From Macrostomum lignano (lineage: Eukaryota), in assembly GCA_002269645.1 (NCBI GenBank), contig NIVC01002028.1:112886-176885 (forward strand): a DNA stretch of 64,000 bases, read 5' to 3'. Shown piece after piece: positions 47,330-60,613 of the stretch. The notes under the pieces are model-generated. The model saw only the letters and a program-made list of their open reading frames with translations. It ran no database searches and was not told where the DNA came from. Every line of letters begins with the position of its first letter. Positions within the stretch are counted from its first letter, which is position 1. The position numbers and the translations under genes were made by a program.

Positions 47330-48124
47330 TTGTCAATTAAGCAAAAATCAAATAAAGCATGCTGGGAAAATAGGTTTGGAGCAGTTTTTTGGCTAGATTT
47401 TGCTTTCATATTTGACACAGTCCCAAGAGAGGACCCAACGTTTATATTGTAAAACCAGTTTGTCACATTCCTAAAAGTAACATAGGATTTCGACGAGGTA
47501 CCTCTGGTGTCAAATTTTACTGTGTGTTGGTGAAAAAACTTAACATGTGCCGAAAAAGCAATCGATAATTTATTCAGCTTTAAAAAAACTTGCCTCGATA
47601 AAATGATATACGTATCTTTTTTACGGATTTGGAGAAAGTGCTGTCTCTGAGCTATTGATAAAAATTAGCTTGATGAAGAGAAAAGCATTGAGGAATGGCA
47701 ATATGCGCTGTCATCCCGGATGTAAAATTTCCGACCATTTTATGACCCATTGTAGTTAAGGGTAATATTAATTGAAAGTTATCATAATTGTCGCAAGCGA
47801 AAGTTTTTGCTACAATTTTAGCGGCTACAGCTGCAGTACAGCAGCGACTGATTTATGGCCTTGTATCGATACCGAGAGATGAACCCTGACAGAAAAACTT
47901 GGCGCCGCTCGGCCCTAAAACAGTCCATCCGGCTGCCTGAAATCCCAGGCATTCCAATGGACCCTGTAGTTTTACGGTCCTCGATCTGCGGGCGGGGCGG
48001 TCATAGGCTGCCGTCCTGAAGCAGAGCATAACCAACAGTGCTCGAGAGCATAAAAGTCCCACTGCCAAGTCGATCTCAAACTGGTCCGGACAGGCTACCC
48101 GTAAAAGAGTCGAAAGCCTTAGAG

Positions 48125-49939
48125 ATGGTCCTTAAAGAAGACCTGGAATTCTTCTGCAACTCCACCTCTCTCCGAGGAGTTGCTAAGGCGTCGAAAGCGC
48201 CGACCCGGCCACTGCGAGCCATTTGGACAATTTACATTTTGGCCATGGCTGCCGCTCTGCTCACCTGCGTCTGCTTCATAGTTTCCGACTACTCTCAGTA
48301 CAAGACTATCATACAGTCCACGCTGGTGATCAACGACATGTCCAGTCACAGCTACCCTGCGCTCACCTTCTGCAATCACTACCCGTTCCAAGAGTCGGCG
48401 TACAAACTTTGGGAAAGCGGAGCGGTCCTGTCGCCAACTAATTATTCGAAAATGCTGCGCCGGCAGGCTTTTGAAGCGTTTAACAATAGCGACTATTCGA
48501 GCATGGAGAACTTGCTGGTCTACGACACCAAGCGGGTGTATTATCAGACCCTGCCACACGAGCACGCTCTCAATGTCAGCTTCACCATACCTCAGGTGTT
48601 CATCTTCTGCATCCGTGGCCACGGCCAACAAATGGACATAACGGAGGCCAGCAGCTGCGAATTCATCATTAAGAGCATAAGTATTCCGTCATTTTTCACC
48701 TGCTTCCAAGTGCAAATCAACCAGCCGCACGATTGGATCACGCTAATTTTGCACGTTGTCAAGGGTCCACAGAGCAGCTTTGAGGAGGCCTTTGTTCAGG
48801 ACACGTTCGAACAGGCTCACGGACTTCGATTGCAGGTCAAAATAGAAAGCTGTCTCTGACTACCTTTATTATAATCGCTAGGAAATCTATAAAAATGTAT
48901 TTTAGAGAGATGAATGCAATCAAGCTTTTGTAAGTTAGACTAGCTGCGCTGTTCAATGTGAACCACTCGTCGACTCAATAAAAACATTTCAACCTAACAG
49001 GTCCACGAAAACGACACTTATCCGGACCCGATGGCCAAAGGCATCCACATCGAGCCGGGAAAACTGGTCGAGATTAACTACCGACACGTACGCTGGCACG
49101 AGGCCGACACTCCGCGCGACGTTTGCCTTCACCCGCAGGTCATGAAGTCTCGCCGAGTCAGCGACCTCGGTCAGGACTTCTCCTATTCGGCCGACGGCTG
49201 CGTCAAGGCAGCCATCGGGCGTCGGGTCCTGCGCCAGTGCGGCTGCTATTATGCCGAGTATCTGCGCGAGGCGCCCCCCAACGCTACGCACCCGTACTGC
49301 GGTGACATGCGTTTGGGACTAAAGGCTATTCACCACAACCTCCAGTGCCTCAGCCGCATTAATTTTACTGAGCTTAAGATCGGGCTGAGCTCCAGCGAAT
49401 GCGTAATGCCGTGCTCCTATTCAAAATTCGACACCTTCACCTCGCAGACGGTGTGGAAGGCTACCGACTGGCAGCTTTATTGGCTACTTAAACAATCGCA
49501 GAGTTTTTCCCGCCTACGGGAAAGTCAGAGACTGCCGCAGGGGGCGGAGCGGGACAAGCAGTTCCAGTTAGCCAAGGACGGTCTGAAGCGGCTGCTCACT
49601 CGGCCTCGTCTGTCCAACGTCTCGACCAACGACTTCAAGCTGGACTTCGATTCGCACAGCGATGAGTTTGCCTACGTGACAGTGCGCCGCCAGAGTTGCA
49701 ACACGATGCTCAAAGTCGAGGCCCAGTCACTGAACTTTAGCGCTTTAATGAGCCAAATTGGTGGATTGTGCAGCTTGTTTCTCGGCCTCACCTGCGCTGT
49801 TGTTGTGGAGCTGGTCGAGGTGGCTCTCATGCACCGGGTGCACAGAAAACAGAAGGCGGCTGCATCTGCGGCTGCAGCAGCTGCTATTGAGGATGTCGAG
49901 ATGAAGTGCGAACGCGAAAATGATAATCCAGCAAAATAG
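48125..49939 (+). CDS. DEG/ENaC (ASIC/FaNaC superfamily) channel subunit; join(48125-48835,49001-49939), about 549 aa
   Basis: FCNSTSLRG pre-TM1, TM1, YPALTFCN, HGLRLQ|VHENDTYP, Cys-rich thumb (CVKAAIGRRVLRQCGC...C...C), and TM2 SQIGGLCSLFLGLTCAVVVE; phase-0 GT-AG intron. Confidence 0.92.
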
Positions 49940-51220
49940 CTGCGAGTATCATAATTAATTCATTACGAGTATCATAACTACCAGCTACTTGCCATCGCGA
50001 TACCATTTCTGCTTGTACCACTCGTAGTGATGCCTCTAGATTTTGCTTTAGTGAAAAAAGATGTTATGATCCATCTGCATCTGTATGCCAGTCACCTCGG
50101 GACACACTTCTTCGCCACTGCTGTTTTAGCGAGGCAAGATGACTGGACGAATAGACACCGAAACTAGTGGAAAAGTCTGCCAGTTCTATTTCATCCCAGA
50201 CTCTGATGCATTATTTAATGGCCAAAGTTCGGACCAACTTACTTCCCCTTTGGGTTTACTAAGGGCAATCTTTTTAAGCAGCTCACTTGAGAATTGCGAA
50301 ATTGATGAAATGAACTTCAATATCCCAATTAAGTCGTTCTTGTCTCACAAATTGGTTGACAGTTTAATGATTCTGGCGGGAAGGCCAGCACAGCGCTGCT
50401 TTTGTGTACGAACGAACAAGCGTCATGTTCAAAAATAGCTCGTACATATTACGCAATCGTACACACTAGTGATATCTAGATTACAGGGATTAAATTTAGG
50501 TTGCTTAAATATGAAGAATCTTCAATATAGTTAAACACTTTCATTGAATAATTAACCAAAAAATTAGATTTTGAATTTTAGGTACTGTAGTAGTGTCATA
50601 CTGAGAGAAAATTGATTTCTGACTTGTAGATATCGTAATGAGATCTTGAATACGCAATAAGGATATACTGGCTCGGGTTAGCTTAAACTCGGGTTAATAG
50701 CTTAAGTTGATTAAATCATAAATATTGCCAAACTTATGAAAACAAGTATATACATACAAGGTAAAAGTCATGCAAAGAGCGTAATATTATACTTATAGTA
50801 CGAATAGGTACGACCAGGTACGAGGCGAGCATGCGGAAGCATTCACAGATAGTAATTGGATGGTCGTCAGAGAATCTAAGCATCTTTCTGCACGCTTCTT
50901 TTTGCTATGCTGACGCAACAAGCTAAAATTTCCACCCGAATCTAGTGGTTAACAAGTGGCAGCTTTAATCCAACTCTAGCCGTAGCTCTCCACTCTCTCC
51001 AAATTGCCACTTTGACTACTGGTTTCGGTTTGGAAACTTTAACATGTTTCTGTGTGTGCTTTTGTTAATTTTTAAGTATATATAACCATAAATACATGAT
51101 TCTTTATTTAAAATGAAGTCAGCTTGACCTATAAAATATTAGTGCATGTTGCTGACTCGCTAAGTCAATTAGTTGTGAGTCAGCTCTCAAGTCTTCAAAT
51201 CTAATTTTAAAAGAAGATGC

Positions 51221-53055
51221 TCAGTTGGTGTCACCAGTGTACTGCTGCTCCAGTGTCTTGTCAATGTCCTCGAATTCGTTGCGTAGAGTGGCAAAGGTGG
51301 GCCTCTCGTCCGGGTTCTGATTCCAGCAGGCCATCATGTACTGCTGGTGAATGCGCAGGGCGATCTCTTCGTCTGACCGAGACATTCCGGGCGTTCGCGG
51401 CACCGGGAGGCGATTTCTGGGATTCTTTACAAACTGCATGACCTCCCGGTTGGACATGCCGACGTAGATTGAGCCGCCCAGGGTGAGGATCTCGTACAGA
51501 AGCACTCCGTAGGACCAAACGTCCGACTTGGTGGTGAAGCGGTTCTCATGCATCGCCTCTGGAGCGGTCCACTTCACCGGGAACTTGCCCAGTGACTCCG
51601 CCTGGTAGATTTCATCATCTTGAACTACCCTGTAAGTTAGTTATTTCAAGATTTTTTAGAAACAAGAAGTACTTATTTCAATATTGAGACTAAAGTCAGT
51701 TACCTGGCCAAGCCAAAGTCTGCCACCTTGACAAAGTTATCCTTGCCGACCAGCACATTGGCTGCCCGAAGGTCTCGGTGGACGAACTTCTTCTCCTCCA
51801 AGTAAGCCATTCCGTCTGCGATTTGGTAGGCAATGTCTAGCAAAGTGGCCATCGGCAGTTTGCTGCTGCCCGAGTTCGACTTTCTCAGATAGTCCAGCAG
51901 CGCGCCATTCTCCATGAACTCCGTGATGATGTAGATCTGGTCGTTTGGCTCGAGAATTTTGGTACACACTCCCAAAATGTTGACAATCTTCGGGTGGGAC
52001 AGCTTGTGCATGATTTTTGCCTCCTCTAGGAATTTTTCCTGCGACATGGCCGTGTCGGGCTTTAGCGTCTTGATGGCCACGTCAAGGATACCGTTCCATT
52101 TGGCCAGCCACACTGGAAAGCGTTGAGTTTTTATTCATTATCTAATTTATTAAAATTTCATCTGATTTTAATAATCAATAAGCAACAGACCATTTTACCG
52201 TTCCGCATAATTCAAGGCACAGACAATATAAGCAACTCTTACCCTCGCCGAAGCTTCCAGCTCCAAGTTTTCGCACCATGCTGAGAGTCTGGCGGGGAAC
52301 TTCGATGTCTTTGAACTGCACAGTCGGTGGGTCTGTCGGACAAGGCTCGGCCAATGGCGAGCAGAGACCACCGTCTAGGTGAGCAGAAGAAAAAATTGAG
52401 TTTGTACAGATCAATCGTCCATAATTAATGAGTTTCAATGAAAGTTGCTTTGTTTTTTCATAGCTTTGTTTCACTCACTTTTGTATTCATCGATCAGCTT
52501 CTGCACAGTCGGGTAGGTCTTCGACTTGTTGATGAAGAACACAGTTTCATCAGCCGAGTTCTTGATTTGGTAGTGCTTCACTAAGAAGTTGTTCTCGCAT
52601 CGTCGGTCCGGAGTTCGAACGCTGAGCGCCAGCTTGGCCAAACCAGCGTTCTGCCTGGCGCACGGCCGGATGATGTAGGTGCCAGCCTGCAGGCCGGCGC
52701 GCAGCAGCATCCGATTTGCGTCCATCCGGTTGCAATCCATCCAGCCAGATAGCTGGCACGGCAGGCCATTGTACTTTGTGATGTAGTTGTAGGGCACCAG
52801 ACCGCTTCTGTTTGTCTCAAGGTTGCGCGCCTTCCACCACTGGCTACTCTGGCACTGCTCGGCGGTGAACTCCAACTCGATCATGTCGCCTCTGCAGATG
52901 GTGAGCTCGTCCGGCTGCGTAGCCACGAAATTGTGGATCGCCATGTAGACGTTGCGGTCTGCTGGCCGGACGGCCGACTTGTTGAGCTCAGCCTCGGCGT
53001 TTCCCGGCGAGACGCCCGTGCGCGGCTGCGTGCAGACTGAGAAGACGCTGCCCAT
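51221..53055 (-). CDS. Src-family non-receptor tyrosine kinase (SH3-SH2-kinase); join(53055-52479,52374-52243,52112-51704,51629-51221), about 508 aa
   Basis: MGSVFS myristoylation motif, SH3 (WW...GLVPYNY), SH2, LGAGSFGEV, VAIKTLK, HRDLRAAN, DFGLAR, FPVKWTAPE, C-terminal EQQY; all intron phases fit. Confidence 0.95.
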
Positions 53056-54055
53056 TGTTGCTCTACTGTGCTGGCTGTTCGTGTAAAGCGTACGCAGTGG
53101 AAGCTCGCTATGGCATTTATTTGCTGTTGTTAGCCAGGTGAGCCTGAACTTGGCGAACCAGTGCCAGGCAACTTGTGGAGTCGCGAGTGTTTACATCAAT
53201 TAGCAACTGCATTTCCCCCGTATCAGACTGGACACGCACAGCACCACTAGATGCAGCCTCGCTGCGACAACCTCAGTTTCACGAATCATCCAGAATTATC
53301 TCGCATGCGACATGCGCCCCGGCTAGAAGCTGTAGTAATTGCTTATCTCTTCGCCCCGCAGTATCTGACTTCTATAAGCGGATCTCTCTCTTTCTCTCTA
53401 GCCCTCAAATATGGCGCGGTATCTACTATATTGAACGATCTAAAGTCAAATTTGGTCCCCACCCTCTCTCTCTCTCTTCTGCTTTAGTCTTGGTATTTGA
53501 AGTCTAGCCTGCCAGAGCAGTTGACTACAGGATGTGCACTGCGGCGCTATTGTTTATCACAGCCTGCGACACCCCACTGTGACCAAATTCTAGCTAAGCA
53601 CCGTCTGTGAATCAGTGAAGCTAAATGCATAAAGCTGATATTACCTTTCAGCTGGATTTCATCGTATCATCGCATCAGCTAACAATTAGCCCCCCTTCAA
53701 ATAGCTAAAGCACCAAGGGCTATCGGCATTTCGCATGCACCGTACCTTGAAGGCTAAGTCACAGCGGCCCTGACTTTATTATCTTTACACTCTATGTACG
53801 ATGTGTACGATGCGATACAATGAGGGTGTGAATTTCTGGAAAAGCTGCTGTACACGATTTCCAAATTTGTGTGACTGAACTAAACTTTAAAATCGGAGGA
53901 GTAGGCGTTTGCCATACGAGTCACTGTCACTGTATTTCTAAGCATGCTGCTAATTGTTACGTCTTTCATATGAAGAAAAACTATGAGCTACTTCTCAAAT
54001 AGTATACAAAGCACTTTTTACAGAGATTTAAAACTGACAATAGGATGGTCCCAGT

Positions 54056-54723
54056 TGTGACGAATAAGGCGGAAGACTTTGTGTAGCGGATAATTGGGAT
54101 TAATCTACGATCCAGCAGATCAGCAGCCGATTTTATCCTTAGCGTGAATTTGCAGATTTAGTATATTTGGATTGGTACTTAATTTGATGCGCCTAGCAAG
54201 GGCCGGTCAGGATTCAGTTGATTGGTGGGTGGGCCGAGGCAGGCGGTAGAGGGTTAAGGTAAAGAGGCCAGACAGCTAAGGGACCCGCAAGCTTAGAGCG
54301 AGAAGCGAAGCGAGGAAGCAAATGGAGAGAGCGGCCGCTGACTGCAAGTGTATTTTTATAATTGGTGAGTAAACAAGATAACAACAAGCTTAATCCAAAA
54401 ACCAGACAAACCCCACTCAGGCGAAATGTACATGTACAAATTAATCGATAAAATACGATTATCGTGCTAGAATAACTATAACGCCAGTACGTGTACGTAG
54501 ATGGAACTACTTTACGAGAAATAATACGATATGCAAGAAAAATATAAATACAGAAAATAAAGAAAATAAATAAATAAATAAATACGAGGCTACAAAAACC
54601 TATTAGCGCAATAATATCATACGTGCAGAATATTGTTAAAATTAAAGAATACAAGTAGTACGGTATGCATGCGAGATAAGGAAATACGATACATATTAGG
54701 CTTCTACGAATTACACTGTCACA
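54056..54723 (-). repeat. 3' LTR (668 bp) of the second Gypsy
   Basis: 6-bp inverted termini, adjacent PPT, and minus-strand TATAAAAATA near 54351-54360. The partner LTR is not in the window. Confidence 0.75.
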
Positions 54724-55679
54724 CCCGCCCCTCCTCCGAAAAGAGCTGTGACAATAATTAGTAGTTAACGAAACAAAATGAAAATTATTGAAGCACGAAA
54801 GAACCGAAAATAGAGGAATGAACTTATAATGATCGACGAGAACGATAACAGATATTGCAGCGGTGAATATTTGAATGAATTTTGGATTAAAAATCCATAT
54901 CAGAAGTCAATATTTTAGATATTTGTGGAAACTTCTGAAGGTACAGTAATATAGCAACAAGGGATACGAAAAAACCAATACGAAAAAAATTATTATGCAG
55001 ATCAAAATATTTGCTGCTGAATTACATGACATGATATATACAGACACAGTTCAATGCATTGATTTCTAACTAGATGTAATTTGCTAAACGGTAACTCGGC
55101 ACAATAACCTAATAAAGTGGCCTGTCTGCCAGCACCACACAGAATGACAGGCACACATTAAAGAGGACAGCAACGCGAGATGAAGATGGTAGCCCCTAGT
55201 TTACCTAAGAACCCCAAAACACACGCGAGAAGAGGAAACGGAAAAAGAATTTGGGCAAGCCCAGAGGCGAGCCCAGGTTCACGCCGACGCGAACCCAGCC
55301 GAGGACCGGCCAATGCTGACCGCGAGGGCACGCCCACTGAGCGCTGGAAACCGACCTCGGAACAACGAAACTAACGAGTGAACATAACAGCTTAACGAAC
55401 GGCAGAGAACGCGCTAAAGACCGACAAGCGCTGCATAACTCACAAACGAAACGCGATTAAATGACGATGCAAATTAACTAACTCTTGGACTGCTTTTATC
55501 CGAAAACTATTCATACATTGATGTTACACGTATCTACATGTACATGCATGAGCCCTGTACTCCGTTCTCTAATCTGTTTATTTTATTTTCTGTCAATTAT
55601 ATTAGTTTTTATGCAGTTTTAAAGGAATATTTTCTGAATGATAAGTTTACCGATCTGAGCGAGTTTTGATTGATTTTTA

Positions 55680-58600
55680 TTAATTAAATAGCTGTGCTAG
55701 AAAATTTCGAAAACGTGACGGTTTGGTAACAATTCTTCCGGATCTAGTCGTCTGTGTCGATTGAGACAAGGAAATGGCGTCAATCTGTTCTTGTGGAACG
55801 ACAGCTTCCATCATGGTCTCACTGTCAGGATCCTCGATGGTTTCTACCGGCATAGCTTCCCCCCTAACGGGACTGTCTTCGGCTGGAGCTTGCTCCTCGG
55901 TGAAATCTTCTGCAGCCTCCTCCAACAGATCGCCATTTTCATCGAACATAGCTCTGCTACTCTGCTCACTGTTCGAAACCTCGTGCAGGTCACCTTTATC
56001 GAGTACCTCCGCCTCTCCTTCCAAGGCCTCTATCGGCGCTGGTGGCACTGCAACTGGCAGGTCGGGAGCGGCAACTGTGATAACCTGCTGGGACTCATCC
56101 ACAAGCGCTGATGATGCACTTTCTGAAACCTGGAGCGGTGGGGTCGCAGCACTTTGATTAGAACCGGTGATGGAACGCGAAGACTCCCAGGTAGACTGGT
56201 CGTCTCCTCGCAAGCCTAATCTTGACGACGGCATTCTGGCTGGCATGCGAGTCCCGTACCTGTCGACAACATCTTCATATGTCTGTTTGTGCACACAGCG
56301 CTTCATCCGATCGATATTGCACACATTGTGAGACGGGTTGGGAATGCGCTCCAAAGGATTTATTCTAGCGAATTTTGGAATGAGTCTGTAATTCCTCTCC
56401 GAAATCTTTTGCACCACTTTGTACGGTTCTAACCAGACAGCACTGTCGAGGCCACGATGGTTGGCGTTGAGGACCCATACAAGATCGCCTATCTCGAAGT
56501 TCGAGTTCAGCGCGCTGCGGTCATAGTAGCGCTTTTGGCGCTCTTGAGCTTTTCCACGGGCATGGCGCGCAGCGGCTGACACCTTAACGAGCGTCTGGTG
56601 CAGATAATGTGCATGCAGTTCAGGTCTGCACCTATCTTGAACTGGTGGACTATGATCGAGATCCAGTGGCAGATTTAGCTCGTGTCCAAAAAAGATCTTT
56701 GCGGGAGAAAATCCAGTGGACTCGGCGACTGTTGCCCGAATCGAGAGAGCTGTTAACCGGGCCACAAGAGGCCAATCGAACTGCCGATCCAACCAAATAA
56801 CACGAATCTGACCTTTTACTGTCTGTATCATTCGCTTAACCTTCCTGTTCGCTTGTGGACCTTCCTGTTCGATTGTGGACGTCGTGATGTGACACGCGCC
56901 ATGTCCACCTCGAGAAGTCGAGTGAGCTCAGATACTGTGCTGTTGGCTGTGTTGCATATGCTGCATTCTATGCTGCATTATTCATAGATTTATTTTCTTC
57001 TAAAAGTAGTCTATGTGCCATCGGGGCAAAATGCTACCGTACACCTTGTTTGCTAGAAACTTCAATGCCCTTAACGGTAAAGAAGTATAAGAGCGATCTT
57101 CGTGCTCATGCCAATTTGGAGCTGCTCAAATAACGCCCTCCTTCAATTCATAAACCCAAGTGCCTTCGTGTTCTTCAACCGTAACAGTGCTGTTGACAAA
57201 GGCTGTACCGTTGTTCGAGACAATCTGTTCCATGCACCCGTATCTCGCGATCCATTCGGTTAGGATATTGACCGCGGTCGTTTCCGCTGAAACATCGGCT
57301 ACGGGAATAACCTCTACAAAACCCAAAAATCGGTCTACCATTACGAGCAAGTACTTATATCCTGTTTGCTCGGGAAACGGACCTGCGTGATCGACGTGGA
57401 ATACCTGGTTCGGGTAGCCCGAGAGTTCGGGCTGCAGTGGGGCTTTATGCTTTAGTTTTGACTTTTTCGTTCTAGCGCAGGCTTCACACTCAGCTAGATT
57501 CCCTTGACATACGTTTCTAGGTCGGCGATGGCAAAACGAGATCGAATAGCTGTCAGGGTTTTTGTAATGCCACTAACAGCATCAAATAACAAATAACATT
57601 CATTAACAGCATCAAATAACAGGAATCACTAACAGCTTATTGGTTGACCTAGTGTTCTTTTTCGGCTTAAGTTGATATAGGAGGCCGTTTTCGACCTTCA
57701 GTTCATCGAACAGCACCACAAGATTCTAACTTCACGACTGCAACTCTGCAGGCTAGCCTTAGGAGGCTTTTCTGCACGGCCCTGCACGCAATCGATCAGT
57801 TGAGCGATGTCAACGCAAGTCTCTTGTGATTCGCGTGCCCATTCTAGTTCCGGGTTAAACCGACTCGACTGAAGATTTACTGGATGCCGATTGTTCAGCT
57901 TCAGCTACCCTAACTGCTAGTCGAGACGTTTCGATTGGCATTGTCGCTTCGACAGCAGCCTCTGCAACTGGAGTCGCAGTGAAAAATGTGCACTGTGCTG
58001 ATGTGTTGGTTGTGACTTTTTCGGTTTGACAAGCTAATGTTACTACTGTTTCGATATTGTGACGGCTCGTGACAGGCGAGTCCATCTGGCCACATACGTC
58101 CGCTACAAAGCATTGCACTGCGGCGTCAACTTGTTGCCTCCTGATGTTAACTGATGCTGACTTTTGTGCCTTCTCGCTTTTAAATTTCTCTTGAAATGCG
58201 GGAACCATGCTGCATGACGGGCAGTCGAAGTGATCGGCACGAAAGCGAGGATTTCGGCTCAGCATATCTGCCGTGACATGGTCTTTCCCTGGCCGGTACT
58301 GGACCTCAAAGTCGTATTCTCCGACTATTTGAAGAGCTGACTGTTCGATGTTGAATTCGTATAAATCTATGGTCGCGAGTCACTGCGCGAGCATGCTTCT
58401 TAGAATGAAGCCACTGAAGGGCTGCGGCATCCACTCTGACTGTAAAAGGTCGATCTAACAGATATGTACGGAAGTTTTCTAACACGAGCACTAACCCTAG
58501 TAACTCGCGCATGGTTGCACTGACTGTGAAAATTTCTTGAATGCGTACGCAACGACTTGTTCTGACCCATCTGGGCCAATCTGAGACAGCACGCCGCCAA

Positions 58601-60510
58601 ATCCTTCAAGTGAACTGTCGCAGTCGAGAACGAACCCACGACTGTCGGGAGACAGGTCCGGATACGCTAATACTGGTGGGTTACACAAACTGCGCTTGAG
58701 TTCTTGGAACGCACGTTCGGGCGTTCTAACCACACGAACTTTTCTGAACCTTTCGCCAACACGTACAGCGGCGTGGCAATAATTGAGAATCGTTGTACGA
58801 ATTTCCTTTAATAGTTGGCAAAGCCAAGAAATGCCATTAACTGTTTCTTGTCTTTCGGTCTACACCACTCTTGAACTGCTCGAGTCTTGGCTGGGTCGGC
58901 TTCGATACCGTTAGACGAGAATAAGAACCCTAAAAACTTAACTCTGTCTTTGAATAGCTCACACTTCGCAGGTTTAATCTTCAGATTGGCCTTGCGAAGT
59001 TGCCAAAGCACCAGCGCTAGGTGCGCAATCATTTGGTCGTTATTCTGTGCCTTTATTATTATGTCATCGAGATAAATTAAGCTAACTTTCATAAGCAATG
59101 GCTGGAATACCTTGTGCATTAATTTAGCGAAGTTCGCGGGAGCTGTTTCGATCCCAAAAGCTAGGTATTACCTTCCAACGAAACGTGCCTTGCGGACAAG
59201 AGAAAGCTGTAAAATCTCTGTCTTCTTCTTTGATTCCCACCTGCCAATAAGCAGATGTTAAGTCAAGGCTACTAAGCACCGAAGAACCAGCCAGACTATC
59301 AAACGACTCGTCAATTAATGGCAATGGAAAACTACAGGGTCTAATTAACTTGTTTACAGCTCGGTAGTCAATACATAGTCTCTGAGACCCGTCTTTCTTC
59401 TTAACTAACACTATCGGTGATACCCAGTCTGAATCACACTCTTCAATTACATCCTGCTTGAGTAGTTGACTAATATGTTGATCTAAGAACTCCTTTTGAG
59501 CTGGAGTTGTTCTTCTCGAAGCGAGCAGAACCGGACGACTGTCCTTCTCAATCAGATCGATTGACATTTCATGTAGCTTAGTACGACCGAGATCACTATC
59601 ATCCTGTGAGATCTGGCTTAAGAAGTAATTAAGCGTGCGCAAAGTTAGAGCTAACTGATTTGGAGTCAGACTGGACTGGTCGAGTCGGAACTGTTTCACA
59701 AGCCATTCTGCTGTACCTTTTTCTGGTGGTGGTAATCTTGAAATCTTACTGTTAAGGAGATTGCAGTTGTCTATGGAAAAATCCCTCTGACAGAGCAGTT
59801 GGTACCACGACTTCTCCCTGGCCTAGCTCTTGAAAAGATGCGATCTCTTGGTCACGCTCAATCCTAGCTGGTTGATCGCTACTATTTAGCAATCGGACTA
59901 ACACGTGATTCGTCGGGCTGACTCTATCTACTGACCTAGCCACAAAACATTCGGAGCCCGTATTGAAAAGTTTAGAAGTGACATTCAAGTTCGGCACAGT
60001 GTCAATCACTCGACTCGGCACTAGGGTTTCCGAGTGAGGTGGTAGTTCAGAGGTACAAGCAGCCAAAACACGGCGCATGCGAAACACCCCCTTATCGCCC
60101 TCAATCACAGGCATGCCCCACCGGCCACGAGTACCTGGCCACAGGTGAAGTCCAGCAGCACCTGGAAACCACGGACGAAATCAATACCTAAGAGCGATTC
60201 AGCAGTGGATTCTTCGGTCACAAGGAAAACGTGATGCTTTTTAATCTTGCCTATAGTTCCACTTCGCAACGTAAAGAGCCTAAAATCTGGGTGGCGGACC
60301 CGTTTAAAGCCGTCGCCTTTGCGCCTTTGTGCGCTGGCGAAAAGATGTTGTTGATCGGATCGGCTTCAACCAGTCTCTCCATGGCCTGCTTCTCCATCAC
60401 GCTGGCGTTTGCTCCTGAGTCAAAGCAAGCCATGACCTGGTTGTCCCCGATTCGCAACTGGACAAAGAAGCTGGAATCCACCGCATGCTCATCGGAACTA
60501 CGAGTAGTCT
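55680..60510 (-). pseudogene. pol: Gypsy pol remnant with many frameshifts
   Basis: CFDSGA protease; LCIDYRAVN, LDLTSAYWQV and YLDD in RT; DCDSS...ELLGLV RNase H; FHVDHAGP...SNNGTAF integrase core; STGFSP...G. Confidence 0.92.
56946..57186 (-). mobile_element. 241-bp insertion in integrase, probably a 5'-truncated non-LTR element
   Basis: 9-bp TSD GTGCTGTTG (56937-56945 / 57187-57195); removal restores ...FVNSTVSELTRLLEVD. No TIR; the minus-strand 3' end has short repeats (AATGCAGCAT). Confidence 0.6.
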
Positions 60511-60613
60511 AATCTAATATACTAAAAATGAAATGCTTGGTTGCTTGCTTGTAATTGATTTTCTCCCGAACGGCTCAACCGATTTTCTTCAAACTTGCAC
60601 CATTCGATCAGAA

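Larger units (their letters stand above)
54056..60512 (-). mobile_element. Degenerate Ty3/Gypsy retrotransposon (3' LTR, PPT, pol); 5' part displaced by a Helitron insertion
   Basis: LTR with TGTGAC...GTCACA termini, minus-strand PPT GGAGGAGGGGCGGG (54724-54737), and pol remnants in PR-RT-RH-IN order. Confidence 0.9.

Noticed and set aside
46100-47800. AT-rich region as a Tc1/mariner-type relic
   Set aside because: No TIR pair or DDE motif could be identified by eye.
15250-53055. Functional cluster of nAChR, claudin-like, DEG/ENaC and Src genes
   Set aside because: Mixed orientations, wide spacing and no shared signals; co-location alone is not evidence in an animal genome.
54744-55680. env-like third ORF in the long pol-to-PPT spacer of the second Gypsy
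   Set aside because: No ORF of meaningful length on the element strand, and no signal peptide or TM pattern.
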